A stretch of 64,000 bases of DNA from an uncultured Acidimicrobiia bacterium (GTDB lineage Bacteria > Actinomycetota > Acidimicrobiia > Spongiisociales > Spongiisociaceae), in NCBI GenBank assembly GCA_958295745.1, contig OY282370.1, forward strand, positions 1,770,548 to 1,834,547, written 5' to 3'. The position numbers and the translations under genes are program-made. This document shows positions 9,184 through 17,827 of this stretch, piece after piece. The notes beneath the pieces were generated by a model. It saw nothing but the letters and a program-made list of their open reading frames with translations, was not told the origin of the DNA and made no database searches. How positions within the stretch are numbered: position 1 is the first letter of the stretch; each line of letters opens with the position of its first letter.

Positions 9184-9384
9184 ATGAGAGCTATCACACG
9201 ACTGGTCCGCAAGGGCATCCGGCGCGTAGCCGGCGAGGATGGACAGGCCACCGTCGAGTACACCCTGGTCGGGATGTGCGCTGCCGGGATGGCTTCCGTG
9301 TTGCTGACCTGGGTCAACAAGACCCCCCTGCTCGGGACCTTCTTCAACGCGATCGTCAAGCACATTCGCGGGTTGATCGGCTGA
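9184..9384 (+). CDS. flp: Flp/Fap family type IVb pilin
   Basis: 66 aa, MRAITRLVRKGIRRVAGEDGQATVEYTLVGMCAAGMASVLLTWV...; carries the G/XXXXEY prepilin motif (EDGQATVEY) followed by a hydrophobic helix. Confidence 0.75.
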   Translation: MRAITRLVRKGIRRVAGEDGQATVEYTLVGMCAAGMASVLLTWVNKTPLLGTFFNAIVKHIRGLIG

Positions 9385-9406
9385 GACAGGAAGGAGGTTC
9401 GGCCAC

Positions 9407-9749
9407 CTTGGAGTTCGTCCTCGTCATACCGCTCGTCTTCCTGCTCATCGCGGGCTTGGCGGAGGTGGCGGTCCTGGCGAGGACGTCTCTCCAGGTGGCT
9501 GCGGCGGCCCGGGAGGGCGCCCGGGCCGCCGCCACCACCCCCGACACGTCCAAGGCTGTCGAGGCCGCCCGGCGGGCCTTGGGTGAAGAGCTGGGAGGGC
9601 GGGCCAGGATCACGGTCCGGCGTCCACCGGTCGTGGGAAGGCCCGCACAGGTGACGGTGGCTGTTCACTACACCCTTCTGTCGGCGCTCGGCGGGCTGCG
9701 GGTTCCCCTGGAGTCCACCGCCGTCATGCGCGTCGAGGGAGTGAGGTAA
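9407..9749 (+). CDS. TadE-like pseudopilin
   Basis: ..TLEFVLVIPLVFLLIAGLAEVAVLARTSLQVAAAAREGARAAA.. is a TadE-like N-terminal domain. Probable TTG start ~9407 with GGAGG 9 nt upstream; in frame of ORF 8613..9749. Confidence 0.6.
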
Positions 9750-9753
9750 CAGG

Positions 9754-10197
9754 ATGAGGTCGGAACGCGGTTCGGTGTCCCTGTTCGCGGCGGGTGTGTT
9801 GGTCATGATCGGCACGCTGATCGCGGGGCTGGCGGGCATCGGACAGGTTCTCCTGGCCAGAAGCCAAGCGGTGACCGCGGCGGAGGCGGGCGCCCTCGCC
9901 GCCGCCCCGGTCACCTTCCGCCCCTTCGGCGCCACCGGGTCGGCGGCTTCGGAGGCGGCCAGGCTGGTCCGGGCCAACGGCGCCCGTCTGGTGGCGTGCA
10001 CGTGCACCCACGACCCCGGATACGAGCCGAGGACGGTCACAGTCACCGTGCGGGTGCCCGTGGCCGTCCTCGGACTTCGGGAATTCACCCTGGAGGCCTC
10101 CGCCGCCGCCGAGTTCCGGCCCGTCGCCCTTCTCGACGTGCCGGAACCCATTCTGCGCAAGGTCTTCCACCCCGGAGTAGCCCCCCTGTACGACTGA
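9754..10197 (+). CDS. TadE/TadG-like pilus assembly protein (Rv3654c-3660c-type locus member)
   Basis: 147 aa, MRSERGSVSLFAAGVLVMIGTLIAGLAGIGQVLLARSQAVTAAEAGALAAA...; hydrophobic N-terminal helix, in tandem after the first TadE-like gene. Confidence 0.5.
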   Translation: MRSERGSVSLFAAGVLVMIGTLIAGLAGIGQVLLARSQAVTAAEAGALAAAPVTFRPFGATGSAASEAARLVRANGARLVACTCTHDPGYEPRTVTVTVRVPVAVLGLREFTLEASAAAEFRPVALLDVPEPILRKVFHPGVAPLYD

Positions 10198-10328
10198 CGC
10201 AAGTCTTTCCGCAACCCTCTCTCCTTACAAAGGAATGACAGGTCTTCCTGGCGACGCTGGCAAGGGGGAGGTGGAGCAACCTCCAGACGCGAGTGGGGGG
10301 GTAGAGGGCTTTTCGTTGCGCGCTGGGG

Positions 10329-11030
10329 TCAGGAGCGGTGGGCGCGGATGGTGCAGGAGTGCATGCCGGCGGTTTCTTGGTGGTGGGGGGTTATCTCGAT
10401 GTTGGTGAGGCCCGCCTCTTCCAAGCCCAGGCGGTATTCGTCGAACGTCAGGGCGCCGGCGATGCAGCCCACCCAGGATCCCCGCTCCAGACGCTCTGAC
10501 TCGCTCATGCCGTTCTCGGCCACCACGTCGTAGATGCCTGTCCGGCCGCCGGGTCGGAGCACCCTGGCTATCTCCCGCAACACCGCCTGCTTGTCCGCGG
10601 ACAGGTTGATCACACAGTTGGAGATCACCACGTCCACGCTCTCGTCGGGCAGCGGGATGTCCTCCATGTACCCGAACAGGAACTCCACGTTCTCCGCCCC
10701 GGCCTCGGCCGCGTTCGCCCGGGCCAGATCCAGCATCTCTTCGGTCATGTCCAGCCCGTATACGAAGCCGGACCGCCCCACCCGCCGAGCCGACAGCAGT
10801 ACGTCGATCCCTCCGCCGGAACCCAGGTCGAGCACCGTCTCGCCCTTCCTCAGGTCGGCCACCGCCATCGGATTGCCGCACCCGCGGGAAGCCCCAGCCG
10901 CCGACTGCGGCAACGCTCCCATCTCGTCGTCGGAGTAGTGGCGGCGGGCGAATTCGGGCTCCGCCCCCGCCGCGGACAGGGCAGTTTTGGCGTATGCCTC
11001 CCGCACCTTCTCACGCAGTGCGTCGCTCAT
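10329..11030 (-). CDS. arsM: SAM-dependent methyltransferase, arsenite methyltransferase (ArsM/Cyt19)-like
   Basis: ORF 10329..11090 (-). Probable start MSDALREKV (ATG rc at ~11028-11030, AGGAG upstream). Motifs VLDLGSGGGIDVLLSA, three Cys (..RGCGNP.., ..VGCIAG..), ..VDVVISNCVINL.. typical of ArsM. Confidence 0.65.
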   Translation of the reverse strand: MSDALREKVREAYAKTALSAAGAEPEFARRHYSDDEMGALPQSAAGASRGCGNPMAVADLRKGETVLDLGSGGGIDVLLSARRVGRSGFVYGLDMTEEMLDLARANAAEAGAENVEFLFGYMEDIPLPDESVDVVISNCVINLSADKQAVLREIARVLRPGGRTGIYDVVAENGMSESERLERGSWVGCIAGALTFDEYRLGLEEAGLTNIEITPHHQETAGMHSCTIRAHRS

Positions 11031-11211
11031 CACCCGTCTCCTGTGAACGAAGGGAGATCGGCCTGCCCGCCGACAGGGCCGAACGGCCATTCGTAGATCG
11101 TCGAGCCTTCACAGAAGCATACCTCGGCCCTCGGACAGCTCGTCTTGGCGTCATATGCGATTGTCTCGGACGCTGCTTCGCAACCGGACCTGTATCTCGC
11201 CGGGGCGGCGC

Positions 11212-11775
11212 TCAGGGTTGCGGGGAGGGGCGGGGCAACCTGTAGATGTGGGTGGGTTCCTCGGTTCCGTAGTCGGAGGGGGCCTTGCCTGACCAGATGC
11301 GGACGAAGCCGGCTTTTTCGAGGGCGCGCCAGGAGGCGGGGTTGTCGGCCAGCACCGCCGCGATCACCGAGGGGGCTTCCTGGAGGCGTTCCCACAGCCC
11401 GGCCGTGAACTGTCGGATCATCTCCGTTCCCACGCCTAGGCCCACCCGGTCCGGTTCGCCGATCAGGTAGTCGATGCCCGCCGCCGCCGGGGGCGGATCC
11501 ACCATCGACAATTCCCGCATGTACCGGCGCTCGTCGCCGAGTAGATAGCTCTGGATCAGCCCGATCGGCTTGTCCTCCTCGCAGACCAGGAAGACCTCCA
11601 TCGGGTCGCATCCGTCGACGCTCGCCCCGAACTCGGCCTCCACCCCTGCCGAGGAAGCCTCCACGGTTCCCCACTCGGTGGCGGCTACATGCGGCATTTC
11701 CAACCATCGGGCCACCAGTGGGAAATCGCTCCGCTCCAGATCCCGAAACTCCAGCGTGCACCGGTTGTTCTCCAT
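11212..11775 (-). CDS. GNAT family N-acetyltransferase
   Basis: ORF 11212..11787 (-); ..CTLEFRDLERSDFPLVARWLEMPHVA...IGLIQSY...VGLGVGTEMIRQFTAGLWE...ALEKAGFVRI.. Confidence 0.6.
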   Translation of the reverse strand: MENNRCTLEFRDLERSDFPLVARWLEMPHVAATEWGTVEASSAGVEAEFGASVDGCDPMEVFLVCEEDKPIGLIQSYLLGDERRYMRELSMVDPPPAAAGIDYLIGEPDRVGLGVGTEMIRQFTAGLWERLQEAPSVIAAVLADNPASWRALEKAGFVRIWSGKAPSDYGTEEPTHIYRLPRPSPQP

Positions 11776-12051
11776 GACCGTATCCATGATATGACCGACC
11801 GTTTGCGCGGTTGTTCCTGTTACCGGCTCCTCCGGTTATGATACGGTGGATATGACCACCCGATACTCGATGCGTCCTCTCACCGAGGCCCCGACCCGGC
11901 GGAATGAGCGAATGCGTTGTACCTGCTCTCGGGTGGTTTGTTCGGCGCCTGCCAGGTAACGCCCCCGCCCGAGAGACCTCTCCGGCGTTGCCGTCCCCGC
12001 ATCTTGCCCGCCGATTGCGCGCGGGCTCTCTCGAAACCGAAAGGAAAGACC

Positions 12052-12573
12052 ATGACTATTGAAGTCGACACCCGGCTGAACGAAGTGGACCTCGAATCCG
12101 TGGGGTCGCTGATCGCCGCCGTAGCCGATGATCCGAAGAAGGGGCAGACGGAGTGGAAGGCGACCGTGACCTGGAAGGGCGCTTTCCGGTCGGAGGCCGC
12201 CATCCGCGGCTTCGACCCCGTTCCCTCCGACGAGCCGGCGGCCTTGGGCGGCACCGACACCGCCCCCAACCCGGTGGAGCAGGTGCTCGGGGCCTTGGGC
12301 AACTGCTTGGCGGTCGGATACGCGGCCAACGCCTCGGCGGCGGGCATCAAGATCAACGACCTGCGGATCGACCTGAGCGGAGACGTAGACCTGCAGGCCT
12401 TCCTGGGTCTCAAAGAGGGGCATGCAGGATACGGGGGCTTGGCGGTCGAGGTCCATCTCGATGCCGACGCCACCGAGGAGCAGCTCGACGAGATCCACAA
12501 CAAGGTGGTCAACAGTTCCCCGGTAGGCCACACCCTGAGCAGCGCCGTTCCCCTGGCGATCTCCCTGGCGTAA
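12052..12573 (+). CDS. OsmC/Ohr family peroxiredoxin-like protein
   Basis: MTIEVDTRLNEVDLESVGSLIAAVADDPKKGQTEWKATVTWKGAFRSEAAIRG...ALGNCLAVGYAANASAAGIKINDLRIDL..; ATG 12052 with AAGGAAAG upstream. Confidence 0.75.
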   Translation: MTIEVDTRLNEVDLESVGSLIAAVADDPKKGQTEWKATVTWKGAFRSEAAIRGFDPVPSDEPAALGGTDTAPNPVEQVLGALGNCLAVGYAANASAAGIKINDLRIDLSGDVDLQAFLGLKEGHAGYGGLAVEVHLDADATEEQLDEIHNKVVNSSPVGHTLSSAVPLAISLA

Positions 12574-12784
12574 CCCCGTTCGGGCCGGGGAGGGCCGCCT
12601 CCTACCCTCCCCAGCCCAACCCCCTTCTTCGGGGTTGCCGCCGCACGCCCTGCCTCGTTGAAACCCAGTACATCCCAACCGCTTGCGGTTGGCTCTCACG
12701 GTTCCTACAATCTAATATTGATTCTGATTCTCATTCCTGGAAAAGGAGACGGCACCCGGATTTTCGGGGAAGATTGGAGGGAAA

Positions 12785-14008
12785 ATGTTTGCTGGACATC
12801 GAATATTCGGCTGGCGGGCGGGCCGCAGGGTCCACAGGTTGCCCGGCCTGTGCTTGGCGGCGGCGCTGGTATTCCCGCTGGCTGCGTGCGGTTCAGGCGA
12901 GGACGACCCGGCGGCGGCATGCGATGCCGGAGCGTCCGATTCCGGAGAGGAACCGCTGTCGATAGCGACGACCACCACCATCCTGGGTGACATAGTGACG
13001 AACATCGCGGGCGGGGACGCCCGAGTGACGGTGCTGCTTCCCGTGGGCGCCGACCCTCATGACTACCAGGCGTCGGCGACCCAGGTGGCTCTTCTCCACG
13101 ACGCCGATCTGGTGGTGGTCAACGGCCTCATGCTGGAGGAAGGCCTGATAGACGTGCTGGCGGCCGCTGAGGCAGACGGCGCCTGCCTGTTCGAAGTGGG
13201 CGAATTACTGGACACGCTGCCCTTCGCCGGCACCCCGCACGCCGGCGAAGAGGATCACGATGAGGGGGAAGATGGGGATGACCACGAAGGCGAAGAGGAT
13301 CATGACGAGGGGGAAGAGGATCATGACGAGGGGGAAGAGGATCATGACGAGGGGGAAGAGGATCATGACGAGGGGGAAGAGGATCATGACGAGGGGGAAG
13401 AGGATCATGACGAGGGGGAAGAGGATCATGACGAGGGGGAAGATGGGCATGACGAGGGGGAAGATGGGCATGACCACGAAGGCGAAGATCCTCACTTCTG
13501 GATGGATCCCCTTCGGGCCGGACAGGCCGCCCTCCTGATCGCCGAAGAGCTGGCCGGCATCGCCCCTTCCTTCCGGTGGATGGAACGCGCCGAGGCCTAC
13601 GCCGCTTCCTTGGAGGAGCTGGACGCAGAGATACGGGCCTTGCTGTCCCCGATCCCCGAGGAAAACCGCAAGCTGGTCACCAATCACGATTCGCTCGGCT
13701 ACTTCGCCCACCGTTACGGCTTCGACGTCATCGCCACCGTGATTCCGGGCGGCGCCACCCTGGCGGAGCCGAGCTCGGTCGATCTGGCCGCCCTGGTACA
13801 CACGATCGAGGAGGAAGAGGTGCGGGCGATCTTCGCCGAGACGATCGAGCCCGCGGCGCTGGCCGAAGCAGTGGCCGCCGAGGCAGATTCACCGCTGCGG
13901 GTGGTCGTGCTGTACACGGGATCCCTGGGCGGGCCCGGATCAGGCGCCGATACGCTGATCGGGATGCTGCGTACGAACGCCGTCCGGATCGCGGAGGCCC
14001 TCGGCTAA
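12785..14008 (+). CDS. znuA: metal (Zn/Mn) ABC transporter substrate-binding lipoprotein, ZnuA/TroA family, with long His/Asp/Glu-rich loop
   Basis: Lipobox ..VFPLAACGSG..; ..IATTTTILGDIVTNIAGGDARVTVLLPVGADPHDYQASATQVALLHDADLVVVNG..; central loop HDEGEDGDDHEGEEDHDEGEEDHD(x7)...; C-terminal ..NHDSLGYFAHRYGFDVIATV... Confidence 0.8.
   Translation: MFAGHRIFGWRAGRRVHRLPGLCLAAALVFPLAACGSGEDDPAAACDAGASDSGEEPLSIATTTTILGDIVTNIAGGDARVTVLLPVGADPHDYQASATQVALLHDADLVVVNGLMLEEGLIDVLAAAEADGACLFEVGELLDTLPFAGTPHAGEEDHDEGEDGDDHEGEEDHDEGEEDHDEGEEDHDEGEEDHDEGEEDHDEGEEDHDEGEEDHDEGEDGHDEGEDGHDHEGEDPHFWMDPLRAGQAALLIAEELAGIAPSFRWMERAEAYAASLEELDAEIRALLSPIPEENRKLVTNHDSLGYFAHRYGFDVIATVIPGGATLAEPSSVDLAALVHTIEEEEVRAIFAETIEPAALAEAVAAEADSPLRVVVLYTGSLGGPGSGADTLIGMLRTNAVRIAEALG
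13290..13445. repeat. 21-bp in-frame tandem repeat (gaggatcatgacgagggggaa, ~7 units) encoding the (EGEEDHD)n metal-binding loop of ZnuA
   Basis: Directly visible perfect tandem units at 13293-13440; the unit length is a multiple of 3, so copy-number change alters loop length without frameshift. Confidence 0.8.
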
Positions 14009-14147
14009 AAGACATCGAAACGGTATGGGACGCCGGTCAGTTGAATGCGATTGCCCAGGCCGGCGTCCGCCCTCATGAGCCGTCGATCATTGCGTCCGGG
14101 CGCGGCAACCCCGGGTGCGCAGGTGATCGATCCAGACCGAAGTGCGA

Positions 14148-14351
14148 TCAGGATCGATCAGGTTCGGTCTTCCTGCGGGGAACGGGTTGCAGCCGGGGTT
14201 GGCCGCCGCCGAGCTTCGCCGGCCTGCGGGCGCTCTCCCGTTCGACCAAGGCGCGCAGGCCTTCCGTCACGAGAGAGGACCGTGATTCGATGCAGGTGAG
14301 CTGCCCGGCCCATTCCAACAGCCGGTCGTCTATGTCTACCGTGGTTCGCAC
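14148..14351 (-). CDS. type II antitoxin, VapB-like ribbon-helix-helix family; orphan (no adjacent toxin)
   Basis: 67 aa, (V/M)RTTVDIDDRLLEWAGQLTCIESRSSLVTEGLRALVERESARR.., classic mycobacterial-type VapB N-terminus. Only ~140 bp separate it from znuA, so no room for a VapC-sized gene downstream. Confidence 0.55.
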   Translation of the reverse strand: MRTTVDIDDRLLEWAGQLTCIESRSSLVTEGLRALVERESARRPAKLGGGQPRLQPVPRRKTEPDRS

Positions 14352-14352
14352 A

Positions 14353-14387
14353 GTATCTGTTATGGCATCGATCTGTGACAGATATGA
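14353..14387. promoter_or_regulatory. imperfect palindrome (tatctgt-tatggcatcgatc-tgtgacagata, with embedded atctgtgacagat and atcgat palindromes) immediately upstream of the vapB-like start; candidate autoregulatory operator
   Basis: Inverted-repeat arms tatctgt/acagata and the perfect 13-bp palindrome atctgtGacagat are read directly. Position abuts the antitoxin start codon and lies ~150 bp upstream of znuB. Confidence 0.35.
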
Positions 14388-14543
14388 TTCCGGATTCCGG
14401 ATGCCGACGCTCCAAACATACCGGGGGCTGCCGCGGCCTGAGGAGACGGGGATGCCGCGAGGCGAGGACCAAAGCGTGAGGGATCCAGGGGCCGCCAGGC
14501 CGGCGGGAAGGCTCGGCCCGCCGCCCGAAGACGACCATCATGC

Positions 14544-15380
14544 GTGCTGCCTATGGAATGGTTGATCGAACCCTTCGAGCTGGCCTTCCAGCAACGGGCC
14601 ATGCTGGGCGGCGGACTGGCAGCGGTGTGTTGCTCGGTGGTGGGCGCCTGGGTGGTGATCCGGGGCATGAGCTTTCTGGGCGACGCCCTGGTACACGGCG
14701 TCATACCCGGCATCGCGCTCGCCGTCCTCCTCGACTTCAACGTGTTCGCAGGCGCCGCCCTGGCGGCGGCGGTGATGATCGGCGGGATCAACCTGGTGCA
14801 TCGACAGACGGTTTTCTCGGAGGACACCGGTATCGGGCTGCTGTTCGTAGGGATGCTGGGGCTGGGCGTCATCTTCATCTCCCGCACCCCTTCGTACGGC
14901 GGCAGCCTGGCCGCCATCCTGTTCGGGGACACCTTGGGCGTGACGTACTCGGACATCGCCGTGCTCGCCGCCGTGACCGCGGTGGTGACGCTCGCCTCGA
15001 TCCTGTTCTACCGGGCTTTCCTGGCCCTGTCCTTCAACGACCAGAAGGCCCGCCTCTTGGGCTTCCGCCCCGGTTTCACCAACGCCGTCCTGCTGGTACT
15101 CATAACCCTGGCGATCGTGGGTTCGTTCCGCACGGTGGGCACCCTGCTGGTGTTGGGGCTGCTGGTGGGGCCGCCCGCCACGGCCGCGCTGCTGGTGCGC
15201 AGGGTTCCGGCCATCATGGCGGTGGGCGCCCTGATCGGCGTCCTCAGCGTGGCGGTCGGACTGATCATCAGTTTCCACGCCAACACCTCGGGTTCCGCCA
15301 CGATGGCGGTGGTCCCCATCGTGCTGTTCTTCATCGTGTTGGGGGCGAACAGCCTCCGGTCGGGCGCCGAGCGGGTCTGA
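14544..15380 (+). CDS. znuB: metal ABC transporter permease (ABC-3/ZnuB/TroCD family)
   Basis: 278 aa, MLPMEWLIEPFELAFQQRAMLGGGLAAVCCSVVGAWVVIRGMSFLGDALVHGVIPGIALAVLL... multi-TM. No ATPase (znuC) lies between znuA and znuB. Confidence 0.8.
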   Translation: MLPMEWLIEPFELAFQQRAMLGGGLAAVCCSVVGAWVVIRGMSFLGDALVHGVIPGIALAVLLDFNVFAGAALAAAVMIGGINLVHRQTVFSEDTGIGLLFVGMLGLGVIFISRTPSYGGSLAAILFGDTLGVTYSDIAVLAAVTAVVTLASILFYRAFLALSFNDQKARLLGFRPGFTNAVLLVLITLAIVGSFRTVGTLLVLGLLVGPPATAALLVRRVPAIMAVGALIGVLSVAVGLIISFHANTSGSATMAVVPIVLFFIVLGANSLRSGAERV

Positions 15381-15413
15381 GGCCCGCCGCCGGGAAACGC
15401 GGCCGGCGGGCCG

Positions 15414-17687
15414 TCACCAGGTCTTCGCCGCTGTCTCCAGGAGCCGGAGGGCCCCGTGTTTGGAGAGGGGTTCGTTGAAGTTGCCGCATTTGGGGGATTG
15501 GACGCAGGAAGGGCATCCGGCTGCGCAGGGGCAGCGGCGCAGGGTCTCGATGGTGGCCGCCGTCAGGTCCTTGCCCACCCGGTAGGCGGCGGGGGCGATG
15601 CCCGCCCCGCCCTGGTAGCCGTCGTGGATGAAGAAGACCGCCCCGCCGGTGTCGTGATGGTATGCGGTGGACAGGCCCCCGATGTCGGAGCGGTCGCAGA
15701 TGGCGAACAGCGGCATCATGGCGATCATGGTGTGTTCGGCGGCGTGGAGGGCGCCCGGGGCGTTGCGGCGGTCGAGGCCCGCCTGCGCCAACATCTCGTC
15801 GGGCAACGTGAACCAGAAGGCCTGGGTTTCGATCTCCACCGGCGGCAGATCGAGCCGGTTGACCCGCCTGTTCCCCTGGGCGCCCCTCCGGTACTTCCGG
15901 CGGAACCCCACCACCTGCGAAGACACCTTCACCCATCCCAGGCAGTGGCCCGCCGGACCCAGCCGCCCATCCTGCTCCACATCGAGCACGCTCAGGTCCT
16001 TGTCGATGCTGGGCTCGGTGTAGTAGCTCACCTCGGTGCGCCGCGCCAGTATCTCGGCCCGGCGCAGGTCGATCCGGTGGATCAGATAGGTCCGGCCCAT
16101 ATGCAGGTACACGGCGCCTTCGTGGGCGTCGGAGAAGGCCCTCTCCCATTCGAGCTCGCCCATCCGCCGGCGTGTGTCGAGGTCGTACAGGACGAAGGAG
16201 CGGTTGCTGGACGACCTGAGGCTGATCCTGCGGGCGGGTGACCGGTGCCCGGTCCAGTGCAGCCGGCTGCCCTCCTGCCGCAGGTCCCCTCCGCCCACCA
16301 GCCGGGGGGCCGCTTCCTCCAGACCCTCCCCGAAGTACTTGCGGTCGGAGTGGGTGAGCGGTAGCTCGTGGGCGGCGCAGGACAGGTGCCCGTCGAGCAC
16401 TGACGGGTTGTCGGGATTGACGACCGCGGCTTCCGGAGGACGGTCGAAGAGCTCGTCGGGATGATGCATGAAGTATTGGTCGAGGGCGTCCTCGCCGGCC
16501 ACCAGGACCACCAGCGACATGTCCCTCGACCGCCCCGCCCGTCCGGCCTGTTGCCGGTAGGACGACACGGTTCCCGGGAAGGTGCACAGCAGGGCGGCGT
16601 CCAGGCCCCCCACATCGATGCCCAGCTCGAGGGCGTTGGTGGCGGTGATCCCCAGCAGCTCGCCCGAGAAGAGGCGCTGTTCGGTGCGGCGCCGGTCATT
16701 GGCCGTGTACCCGGCCCGGTAGGGGGCGATCCGGTCGGCCAGCGGGCCCAGTCGGCGGGTCGAATAGATGTGAAGGAGCTCGGCGGTCTTGCGGCTCCGC
16801 CCGAACACGATGGTGTGGGTGCCGCGGCGCACCAGGTCTACGTACAGGTCGGTGGTATCGAACAGCGGCGACCGGCGGCTGCCCTGTTCCGCATCTTCGA
16901 GAGGGGGGTTCCAGAGCGCCGTCACCCTCTCCCCGGTCGGGGCGCCGTTCCCTTCCACCAGGGACACTTCCAGGCCGGTGAGCCGGTCGGCCAGCTCGGC
17001 GGGGTTGCCGATGGTGGCTGAGGTGAGCACGAAGGTAGGCCGGGCGCCGTAATGGGCGGCGAGCCGGCGAAGCCGGCGGACTATCTGCGCGGTGTGGCTG
17101 CCGAACATTCCCCGCAGGTAGTGGATCTCGTCGATGACCACGTAGTCGAGCCGGGACAGGAAGGAACCCCACAGCCCGTGGTGGGGAAGGATCCCGTAGT
17201 GGAGCATGTCGGGATTGGTGAGGATGACGTTGGCCTTCTTCCGGATCCGGGGGCGCTGCTCGGACGGGAGGTCGCCGTCGTAGGTGGAGGCCGCCAACCC
17301 GGGGACGTCCAACCGGTGGAGAGAGCGAAGCTGGTCTTGGGCCAGGGCCTTGGTCGGGAACATCAGCAGGGCGGTGCGGGCCGGATCTTCGAGGATGCGT
17401 TCGGCGATGGGGATCTGGTAGCAGAGGGTCTTGCCGGAGGCGGTGCCCGACACGAGCACCACATTCTCCCCGTTCCGGATCAGGCGGACGGCCCGGGCCT
17501 GGTGGCTGTAGAGCTGGGTGACCCCCTTGCCGGCCAGGCGTTCGGTCAGCGGACCGCTCAGGGGCGGGTCGAGGTCCTCGCAGCGGGCCTCCCGGGCCGG
17601 AAGAACCCTGACATGCACCAGGTCGCCCTCGAAGGAAGGCGCGCTCCGCCAATTCTCCACTAGGCGGCGGAAGTCCGTGGACGCCAA
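15414..17687 (-). CDS. DEAD/DEAH-box helicase with C-terminal DUF1998 (MrfA/YprA-like)
   Basis: ORF 15414..18212 (-). Probable start ~17687 (TTG/GTT with AAGGAG upstream; LASTDFRRLVENW...). Motifs ..VLVSGTASGKTLCYQIP.., ..DYVVIDEIHYLRG.., ..VLTSATIGNP..; C-terminus ..CPCAAGCPSCVQSPKCGNFNEPL.. is the 4-Cys DUF1998 signature. The first ~175 aa of the ORF are junk. Confidence 0.75.
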   Translation of the reverse strand: MASTDFRRLVENWRSAPSFEGDLVHVRVLPAREARCEDLDPPLSGPLTERLAGKGVTQLYSHQARAVRLIRNGENVVLVSGTASGKTLCYQIPIAERILEDPARTALLMFPTKALAQDQLRSLHRLDVPGLAASTYDGDLPSEQRPRIRKKANVILTNPDMLHYGILPHHGLWGSFLSRLDYVVIDEIHYLRGMFGSHTAQIVRRLRRLAAHYGARPTFVLTSATIGNPAELADRLTGLEVSLVEGNGAPTGERVTALWNPPLEDAEQGSRRSPLFDTTDLYVDLVRRGTHTIVFGRSRKTAELLHIYSTRRLGPLADRIAPYRAGYTANDRRRTEQRLFSGELLGITATNALELGIDVGGLDAALLCTFPGTVSSYRQQAGRAGRSRDMSLVVLVAGEDALDQYFMHHPDELFDRPPEAAVVNPDNPSVLDGHLSCAAHELPLTHSDRKYFGEGLEEAAPRLVGGGDLRQEGSRLHWTGHRSPARRISLRSSSNRSFVLYDLDTRRRMGELEWERAFSDAHEGAVYLHMGRTYLIHRIDLRRAEILARRTEVSYYTEPSIDKDLSVLDVEQDGRLGPAGHCLGWVKVSSQVVGFRRKYRRGAQGNRRVNRLDLPPVEIETQAFWFTLPDEMLAQAGLDRRNAPGALHAAEHTMIAMMPLFAICDRSDIGGLSTAYHHDTGGAVFFIHDGYQGGAGIAPAAYRVGKDLTAATIETLRRCPCAAGCPSCVQSPKCGNFNEPLSKHGALRLLETAAKTW

Positions 17688-17827
17688 AACGTTCTCCTTA
17701 CCCTTTGTTGTCGCGGTCCCTTTGCCGCGGCGCCTCTGCCGCGCCGGCCGGTTCGTCCGCCGCGGCGGACGCAGCCCCGCTCCGGCCCGCGGTTCTGCGG
17801 CTCTGTTGCGCGTCCCCGGCCGGGTGG

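Noticed and set aside
12574-12784. Zur box upstream of znuA
   Set aside because: AT-rich gattctgattctc segment noted, but I cannot match it confidently to the actinobacterial Zur palindrome by eye. Kept only as a low-confidence remark.
15414-17687. DISARM system (DUF1998 helicase plus SNF2 helicase present in the window)
   Set aside because: The DUF1998 helicase and the SNF2 gene are ~17 kb apart, on islands of different GC content. No PLD (DrmC) or methyltransferase (DrmMI/MII) is adjacent, so they are not one DISARM locus.
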